A DNA stretch of 60,295 bases, counting the filler, from Dimargaris cristalligena (Eukaryota), in NCBI GenBank assembly GCA_003614675.1. It is 2 parts of 2 records of this genome, joined end to end, with 100 filler letters (N's around TTAATTAATTAA, not from the genome) between each part and the next. Parts side by side here need not be neighbours in the genome. Positions count along the whole stretch, not along the records: positions 1 to 30,109 come from ML002466.1; positions 30,210 to 60,295 come from ML002467.1. One strand, 5' to 3'. The translations under genes were made by a program, and so were the position numbers. Every line of letters starts with the position of its first letter. The stretch's first letter is position 1. The notes beneath the pieces are model-generated. The model saw only the letters and a program-made list of their open reading frames with translations, did no database searches and was not told where the DNA came from. Shown here one piece after another: positions 25,131 to 33,677 of the stretch.

Positions 25131-27214
25131 CCCATCGATCCATAGTAGTGACCAGAAAACTTCACCCTTGCCAAAGGCATTACACTGTATATATACTATC
25201 ATTTATTGGAATCATTTAGTGCCGTCTCAGTTACTTTCGTAATCCAATGCTACTTGTCTGCTCCACGAAATAAAATTGGGCTTGTTTTTTACATTGATTC
25301 ATCGGTTATCTAGGTGTTCAATTGACTTCCCTTAACTAAACAGCTGGCATTATTATATATCCCAAATCGACTATATTATACATTTTATAAAACACTTACC
25401 ACACTATGTTATGGGCTCCTCGATATACCCTTCCTTGGTGTAGGCTATTTCAGCATTTACTGGCACTTTGACCCATGTCGTATTAGTATTCCTGGTAATT
25501 ACAAGAATATGAAATTGAATTAGCAAAAGTGGTATAGCGGGTCGATATGGGTAGAATACAGTGCAGCTGTGCAGTGTTTTGGGTGATACGCGTATGAGAA
25601 AGTATATGGGGGATCCATTATTAACCAGAGGTTTTTGCCTTGTCCAACGGATTTATCATTATACAGCCTGGTTGAACCTTTCTCATATTGTGAGTCTAGC
25701 AGGGGGAAACTGTCTTGGTTCTTCTAGTAATCTTATGGTGCCATACCCATAAACACTCTAATTGTATCTACTGAAAAAGCAAGCTACATTGGCTAATTGG
25801 TAAATCAATGTGAAACTATCCCCCCAAATGGTCAAATAAGGACATTTTCCACCCTCATTTTAGTACAATGCAATTCCCATTGCAGTCCAAGGCATCCTCA
25901 CAACTCCAAGATTTGTGAATAGTATCATTTTAAAGCTGTTTTGTGAACACATAGTATAGGCAGGTTTTTATGCCCATACCCATATCAAATACACGCTGAT
26001 TTCTTGTAAATCATTATATCTAATTAGATAGTAAGGGTATAGTATTATGCTATTCCCTCCCTCAAGCGAGTATATTATGGCTGTCTTTAGCTGACCAATG
26101 CGTTGATGCCCATTCGCTGTTCCGTATAAATCAGACACCACTCTTACTCCCGATTAATTTGCTTTAACTCAAAAGTCGTAGATTCACTCGGAAACAACCG
26201 ACTCAATGCGTCTATAGTGCCCATTTCCTGTGGCCATATTTTTCTGTCCATCAAATGCATGTTCATTGATTCCCGCTGGAAATCCTTGAACCTCAACCTG
26301 CGACCACAGACTTACATTACTCCGTAATACCATGATATTACTATTAGGGAGGCGTGTTCGGCCCATAGCAGAACAACAGAGCGTTCAATACCAAACCAGG
26401 CGTCTCGACCAAAAATAGAATGGAGTGTTCAGTCCAAGGATTTAATACATTGCACGTAATACAATAGAATGTTCGCTGATAGGGAAGGTGTGGCACCCAG
26501 ATAACTTGAAGCCCAATGTTTATTATAAAATAGGGTAGTTTCAATAACGAGGGGGATCATATTAGATGGGAGATTTCGGTCGCCACAGGAGTACAAGTGG
26601 CCTGGCTTTTGTACCCGGTATATGCGAATATGGTGTCGCGGCTCAACTCTCCAGCCATTGATAAACGGGAGGAATATATGAACCAATATGCAATAGGGCG
26701 TTTGTGGCTGAAAGTGCAATGGTGCGTATTCCTTTAGTGAGTAATACATATTTAACTAATAACCATAGTACGCAGTGCCCCAATGGGGGCTGTCATTCAT
26801 TTGATTCTGTATGACACTATCTGCGTTGTGTAGCCCCAATCATTTATTTTACACAATAGCATGATTTTTCAAAGCGCCCTTCGCAGACTTTAGAATAAAT
26901 TGGGCCGTTTTAAAACCTCGGGGTAATGGTTACCTACTGTTATATGGTTTGGCCAGAATCGCTAGCTGAACGGGCGCTATTATCTAAACTACATATATTA
27001 GCCTCGCCTCGCCTCTGTATCCAAATCTCGCCCATTATGTTTCGGATATATATTGACCTATTTCATTACAGATATATTTACCATTACATTTTACCTTCCC
27101 CTCCCAACCGATTAATTCGGCCATCAAATTTCTATGTATTTTTAGACAATAATCCATATCTTTCTGGCGTAGCTTACTTAAACACTATATCTCCGTCTAT
27201 TTTTCTTCAACAAA

Positions 27215-27931
27215 ATGTATTTTATTGGAGCCGTTTGTCTTTTTCTACTGGGCTCACTCACCGTCAACCGAGCCTCCGAACAGGATTGTCATACCATTTA
27301 TCTCAACAACCTACTCAATACCAACAACCCCGATGGCGGCTTCGAGGAAGACTACGCAGAACTAGCCAAGGATCCCTTTTTTCAGACATGGACAGTGGAG
27401 CAACAGCTAGTGTATATCAGCCAACTAGACAATAAAGAGTTGGCCAACCACATTTCTATTACCGAATTCCTCATGAACAACGAGTGCACCGGATATTCTG
27501 AAGTTAACGAACGGCTGGCCATCATTGATCAGTCCACCCCAGGCCCCAGATTTACAAGTTCGAACCCCCTTACCCAGGCTAGTGGTTCCGGCTTGGGAAG
27601 TGGTAGCCTCCCCTTTTCAGCGGCCCAGGTCTCCACGCAGGAGCCCATTTATCAAGCTACCACCAACGTGAAACAGCCACGGGTTCCCAAAAGCAATCGT
27701 GCATATCGGGATACAAACTGTAAAGAGAAACAATTTGGCTGTCTGGAATGCCCCAGAGAATTCACCCGTTGGAATGATCTCGACCGACATAAACTTATTC
27801 ACACAAATGAAAAGCCCTTTGTCTGTAAATGGTGCGGTACCAGATCTAATCGTTCAGATAACCTGAAACGACATCAGTCAATACATGGTTGCCCGGTTCA
27901 AGGTGCCGAAGGCCCCCCAGGCAATGTGTGA
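27215..27931 (+). CDS. Signal-peptide-bearing C2H2 zinc-finger protein, paralog 2 (238 aa, intronless)
   Basis: aaaATG start; [22 protein letters not shown] is signal-like. C-terminal [48 protein letters not shown]. Colinear with paralog 1 along its length. Confidence 0.88.
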   Translation: MYFIGAVCLFLLGSLTVNRASEQDCHTIYLNNLLNTNNPDGGFEEDYAELAKDPFFQTWTVEQQLVYISQLDNKELANHISITEFLMNNECTGYSEVNERLAIIDQSTPGPRFTSSNPLTQASGSGLGSGSLPFSAAQVSTQEPIYQATTNVKQPRVPKSNRAYRDTNCKEKQFGCLECPREFTRWNDLDRHKLIHTNEKPFVCKWCGTRSNRSDNLKRHQSIHGCPVQGAEGPPGNV

Positions 27932-28304
27932 TTTTTGTTAGAAAATGGACACTTCATATCTGGGGCCACGTTCATACTTATCTTACTCGCCTGACTTCAT
28001 CTATATTCTATTATCAGCTATTCAGTTATTACTCAATAAAATCAAGTGAAGAGGTTCTCCTGAATCTCTTTGCGGCTTTTCTCTCTTATTATTGTTTTGA
28101 TATACTTTATTAGTTTGCGAATTCTATCTAGAATACATCTCCAACAATTTTAACCGCCCACGGGTTAATTCGGCTGTGCTATGGTCCACCCTGCTCACGG
28201 ACATTCTCAGCCACCATCATTGGGGAAGTATTTCTGAACCAAGCCATTGTCATAAAACCATAGATCTCCTAGCCTCTTCTCTTTTATAAAGACCTACCTG
28301 TCAG

Positions 28305-28869
28305 TGTTGGAAATTCATTTCCCCCGTCCCACCGATTCCATCTCTCTGATTGGCTCGTCCAATACTCGGGACTATATTCTAGTCATTACTATATTATTGC
28401 CTGCACGACAATTTATTAACTAATTTTCGATACATAATGGGAGGGGACCAGTAAACTGGTCGTAAGGATATGGTGTAAAAGAGAAAACGAAACAAAATAG
28501 AAAAAAGAGAAAAGAGAACCCGCGCGCAGCAAAGGGAGAGTGCAGGCGTGGGGTAAGAGGTGAGGGTGGGAGATCCCCAACGAAAAAGAGAAAATATAAG
28601 GGAAAGAGGGCGGTCTGCAAGGCCGACCGACCCTATATAGAACTATTATCGTTGGTCAATAAAGGCGGAGTCCCCTCTAAAGTGGGGACACCGTCCCATT
28701 ATTCTATACCTGTGACTTCATCCTAATTGTTATTACTGCTATTATCCAATTCAATAAAACCAACCGCGGGCATCTAGCCTTGTCCCTTGCAGTTCTTTCT
28801 CTCTTCTTTAAATCTTTTTAGTTGTATCTAAAGGCACTTGCGTTTACCATCCAATCAATATTTCCAACA
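28305..28869 (+). mobile_element. Solo LTR of an LTR retrotransposon, 565 bp, with 5-bp TSD GTCAG
   Basis: Termini TGTTGGAAAT...ATTTCCAACA form a 10-bp perfect inverted repeat with TG..CA ends. GTCAG is duplicated at 28300-28304 and 28870-28874. The paralogous empty site has a single GTCAG at 24266-24270. Internal TATA-like (~28634) and AATAAA (~28753). Confidence 0.88.
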
Positions 28870-29256
28870 GTCAGGCCCATTTTGACATATATAATTGGAT
28901 GGCACATGATTGCACTAAAAGAGCAGCTGGACTACTCCACTTCTATTGGTATTCTTTCAAAATAATAAAACCTATTTATACTGGGTAGATTTTCTTTTGG
29001 GATAAATGGGTAAACCCTGCTGATTGCTAGTCATCAGTATAGATCAATAACCATTCCAATCTGGGATGGACTGCAGCTGTATTGTAGAGTGGTAAGCACC
29101 CCACTGCAGTTTTGGTCACAATTAAAAGCCACTCAAAAATAGCCATTAGTTAGACCAATAATGTAAATAGTAAGAAACTCTGGGTGGCTTGCCATACACA
29201 CAGGCACTGTCTAATGAAAACTAGAAACATGGGAAAGGTTTAACCAGGCTGTCTAA

Positions 29257-29750
29257 TGTTAGGCCAGTGGTTTAAGGCCCCTCCCTTCTAGGACTAAGGC
29301 TGGGGTTAGATCCCTTGTCCTCCCTGGGATCAGCAGGGTTACTGGATATCAGGTTTGGAGGGCTCAAGGTGCTTGGGTGAAACATGGAGTACTCGGGAAA
29401 TAGTCCCTTGGCTATTCAGATTGGGTCAGAACTGTGCTCGGAGGTCAAATTAGGATATGGCACAAAATGTTCCCCGTGAAATGGTCCTACACTCCCATTG
29501 TCAGAGTTAGGTGCTGGAGGAGCCACAGTGGCTATGTGCTGAAAATGGGGTAATGATAAGGTAAAATAAAATATTGACTTCTGGTTGAAGTCCTAGGCTA
29601 ATGCTGGGTAAAACACTGGGTGAAGTTAAAGTAGATATTTATTCTGAATAATAAAAACTTATCTCGAAGATAACTTACTATTTTAAGGGCCAACTGGGGA
29701 GACTATATATATGCAAATTAATACTATGAACTTAGAGCTATACTGCTACT
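29257..29750 (-). mobile_element. Degenerate LTR-like element, diverged copy of 24423-24700
   Basis: The blocks tgttaggcc, gtactcggg, ctgggtgaag, atctcgaaga, aagggccaa and tatatatat are shared in the same order with 24423-24695. Confidence 0.45.
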
Positions 29751-29916
29751 TTAGGATGTCGTCCTCAGATGAACTGACAACCATAAAACCACAAAGGGAA
29801 AAACTGGCTGGGTCTTCCAGTTTGAACACTATGTAAAAGAGGAAGGAAAAGATATATAGGAAAACGGAAGATAAAATTGCCTTGGATCTGCTGGGGCATT
29901 CTTGAAGGTAGGATAT

Positions 29917-30054
29917 TGTTATGATAGGCTATAAGTAAGACCAGGTACCACAAGATGGACAGGACTTTGAAGGATGGAAAATAGGTTTATTAGACTAGAT
30001 ATCAAAAAGGGAAAACAAAAGAGGAGTTGTAAGCTAAAGAGCAAGCTGTGGGGG
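29917..30054 (-). mobile_element. LTR 3'-end fragment (second family), inverted copy of 31132-31270
   Basis: Reverse complement reads ccccacagcttgctctttagcttacaactcctc...ctaataaac...aagtcctgtc...gtacctgg...atcataaca. Confidence 0.6.
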
Positions 30055-30109
30055 TATGGTAAACTTACCACATTTTTTACCTACTTTTATTTTTTATCTA
30101 TTTTTCGCA

Positions 30110-30209
30110 NNNNNNNNNNNNNNNNNNNNNNNNNNNNNNNNNNNNNNNNNNNNTTAATTAATTAANNNNNNNNNNNNNNNNNNNNNNNNNNNNNNNNNNN
30201 NNNNNNNNN
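30110..30209. other. Artificial assembly spacer: 44 N + TTAATTAATTAA + 44 N
   Basis: Exactly 100 nt and symmetric; the 12-mer places a TAA stop in all six frames. Confidence 0.95.
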
Positions 30210-31850
30210 TTTATTATCTATCTTTTCAAATAAAGTTCAGTTTTCAAGGATTTGATTTCAGTTCTTTACACCTGGAATCCATCTAAAGTATGACTACTTC
30301 TTGGATTAGTAATGGGTACTGGGGCTTATATAGCCTCTACCCAACTGCCCACAGCAGCACACTATACAGTAGGACAGAGGGATTTTCCCCATTATTAGCT
30401 ATCAAAACTAAATGCCCCTACCCCCTATTACTCTAGGAGGCTCTTTCCTGCTATTAATGTCTTATTTAATAAATTATCTATACCCATACTTTGGCTAGTC
30501 CTATTTTGCTGACTAGTACATAATAGTACTAACTAATAAAGGCTAGCAGTAGATATGTACAAGGGACATACAGGGGGTACACTTACTAGTTGGTATAAGG
30601 GGAATGGGTATATATAGGGTTTATTGGATAAATAAGGGGTAGGAATAAACAAAGGAATCTAACTGGTCCCAATGGGGCCCAGTTATATCAATATGGGGAT
30701 GACTCTAGAGGGAGGTCCTAAGGGGGAATACTACTAAGACTATATTATAATAGTTAGTCAAGATGGACCAGGGATTTACTAATATATTGTAATCTGAGGG
30801 AAGAGAGGGAATTTTTTTAGGTATTTAGAAATAGTACTAATAAAGTTTATAATATAATTATATTTAGATATAATTAGTTACTGGGTTTAGGAGAGTATTA
30901 GTATCATGACTGGTTAATTCAAACTATAAGAATAACCAGCCATACAAGTAAAAAACCCATACCAATGGATGAGTAAATTAGCATTTAATATCATAGAAAT
31001 ATATACCCATTATCCTACTGTATTCTATTACTATCATTATATTCCCCTTATTCTCTAGTTACTGATTCTTATTTATTAGTCATTACTATTCTTCCCCTGC
31101 CCCTTAAGTTTGAATATAACCCCAGCCATTTCCCCACAGCTTACTCTTTAGCTTACAACTTCTCTTTTATTTTATCTTATTCTGATATTTTATTCTAATA
31201 AACTCAATCCTACCTTTCCAAGTCCTGTCTGTCCTTCAGTACCTGGCTTTAATACCAGCCCATCATAACAATTAGTCACTTTATACTTTGCTCTCAGTTT
31301 TAGTTATAGTGGAATTAGCTATTATTTATACTTCACTTAGTGGGGCCTCCCAGAAGGTTGGGTTATGTGAGTGAGAGGGTTTAAATATTAATAGGTTACT
31401 TGGCAGTTGTAATAGGATAGATAAATAGGCCAGTTAGATGTCCACTAGTATCTAGAAGACTCAGATAGTAACCAAAAAAGTCCTATAGATTAATACCTGA
31501 GTGATTAGTATGAAGGGGTGGAGTTTGGGTAGGGGAAAGGTTTAATATAATATAGGATGATCCTATGGTGCTGGGTGTAACCATGGGAAGGATAATTAAG
31601 TGTAATAAGGCCTAATATAATTAGAAGTCTAAGCTGGCCAGATTAAGGTGGATTAAAAGTACCAGTACTTGGGATTTGAATTTCATAATGGAATCAAAAA
31701 AGGATACCCTTTTTTGTGCCAAATTACTTGGGTATGAAAATGCCACAAAACAACTTCCTGGGATTGGTATAAGAGGAGGTGGATTAGAAAGAAACTGCTA
31801 TAATGGAATAGTATTTTTTGGCACTTTCATCTCAAAAATGCCCACAGATG
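30210..31850. mobile_element. Heavily mutated, CpG-free repeat/transposon relic region including an LTR 3' end at 31132-31270
   Basis: No CG dinucleotide found by reading 30210-31851. TA-rich with no long ORFs; contains an AATAAA...CATAACA LTR-like end repeated at 29917-30054. Confidence 0.6.
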
Positions 31851-32424
31851 ACGATTTGTTTAAGAATGATGATTTGCCCTATGTGGTTATTTGTATACAT
31901 AAGTAGTCCCTCTTGCAATTGTTTAAAGATGGGGAACAGGCCTTGCTGTCCACAGTGGAAACTGACGCCTTGTTAACTGAAGCGGACAAAGGGTATATAT
32001 ATTTCATTAGACAATCATAGTGAGCAAAAGGTCGAGTGTTAATAAACACAAACGTCTGCTGGTTGCTGAGCAATTCCGTTTAACGAATATCTTGATTGCT
32101 ATTCAATAAATCTCCCCACATTATCTCACCTAAATTACAATCCTAACTTGAACGGATATGTTGTAGTTCATTCATATACTCTACCAAATAATCACTTGCT
32201 ATGCGTGAAATTCGGACCAACTGTATAAGTGTAATGCCGCGGTCCGGGATTCCGGGAGGATTCGGTGTGGCCTTGCCGGGTTTAGGAGAACCGGACTAGG
32301 GCAGGGTGCTTGAGACAAGATACCGCTTCTTCGAGGCTATAGGCTGTAATACTGGGGATGGTGACGATGACGATGACTCTGTCTCTCTCGAAAAGACAGA
32401 ACGGTAATGGAACATGCGGGACAT
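31700..32424 (-). pseudogene. Possible pseudogene: a single frame from ATG 32424 interrupted by about five TAG/TAA stops
   Basis: MSRMFHYRSVFSRETESSSSSPSP...STLP*SGSPKPGK...HIRSS*...QDIR*TELLSNQQTFVFINTRPF...CKRDYLCIQITT*GKSS...VGIFEMKVPKN; protein-like composition; includes ORF 31879-32073. Confidence 0.3.
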
Positions 32425-32631
32425 GGTGATATTCAACGACTATTAAAACTATTTAGAAAAAGAATCAAATAACTTAATATAGTTGGGCCAATATTAACGA
32501 GCTCAAGGAATCACGGTTACCTGTGGCTCTACCTTCGTGGATCCTTCTCTGATAAACGAATGAATGGGTCGCTTTAAGGATATATTAAAAATTGATTTAT
32601 AAAATACTTCATTTGAAATACTCGAAGGTAT

Positions 32632-33307
32632 TGTGGCTGGGCCTGCTTAAGCCTTAAAAACCTACTCCAGCCAAACTATTGTTAGTTTTGAAAAAGGCGA
32701 GGAACATCGCCGAAGGTTCAGCCTTCACCTTTTCCTATCCAGACTGACACTTCGGTGGTCTGGGCCCGTCTTCCAGTATTCACTATTCTATTAGGGCGGC
32801 TTCTTAGTTATAAAAGGTTGGGGCGTATCCCCCAGTCATAGTTTCCCTGAGCCACTAGCATTGGCGACCTTCGGTATTTCGACTATTCTTCTAGTTAACG
32901 ATCTTCAGTATTCATAACTACCCATTGGGTATTTCAGCACCATAATAGCACCAATAGGTCGCTATGTTTATATTCCTATTATTTTCGTAGTTTTATATAA
33001 ATACCCGTTGGGTATACTCTCAATAAAGACAAGTAGTTTTACACTATTACAATTTACTATTGGTTTTTGCCCTGATCCCCGGCATTATTTTGTTCAGGCC
33101 GCTACTTGTCCCAAGACTATTCACTGTGCCCTGCCCGCCACGTATTAGAAGGATCCTCAAGTGATACCCGGGGACCTGGTTGTCTCTGTTTTAAGACCAG
33201 ACAAGAATCGTCCTCGCCAAGTGCGTGTTTTCCCAGTGTTCCCTATTCTTACTACCAGGCTGCCACTGCTCCAGCCAGTCCTGATAAAGTTATCAGGGCC
33301 TACTACA
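32632..33307 (+). mobile_element. Possible degenerate solo LTR (~675 bp)
   Basis: TGT...ACA ends with an imperfect inverted repeat (tgtggctgggcctg / cagggcctactaca), TATATAAA ~32994 followed by AATAAA ~33022. No convincing TSD. Confidence 0.25.
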
Positions 33308-33677
33308 CTGTGGCATTAAGTGCGACCACGACAATATAAATGAGGAAATAGGCGAGTAATTCAACTTTAACCAGTAGAATTTGCCTCATCCGACAGATCT
33401 TTCGGTATACAGCCTGGTTGAGCCTCTCCGACTATAAAAAAATACTGTCATTAACCACGTCCCACATCACAGCCCAAAACGCGATCCCCGAGAAACTATC
33501 TACAAAATAGGGAAATGTATTCATTCCTAAACAACGACCTTGGGTATTTAAAGACTACCGAGAGAAAAACATCATTTTATTGCCCCCCTAAATAATAGCA
33601 ATTGTTGGGGGCAGCTGAAAGTCGTGATTCGGGGCCGTAATGGCCAGGTTCTGAGAAACTAGTGAAGCATGCCTCTA

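Larger units (their letters stand above)
25400..29750 (+). repeat. Unit 2 of the ~4 kb diverged tandem duplication (contains the solo LTR insertion; boundaries approximate)
   Basis: Colinear with unit 1, offset ~3.8-4.0 kb before the LTR insertion. Confidence 0.75.

Noticed and set aside
22616-26749. Similar minus-strand ORFs 22616-23047 and 26429-26749 (both with YSLKEYAP) as a divergent partner gene of each zinc-finger gene
   Set aside because: Starts and ends differ and there is no recognisable domain. The similarity is explained by the DNA duplication alone. Codon-position bias in the substitutions would be needed to revive this.
30154-30165. TTAATTAATTAA palindrome as a piggyBac TTAA site or regulatory element
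   Set aside because: It is centred in symmetric N runs totalling 100 nt, so it is an artificial linker.
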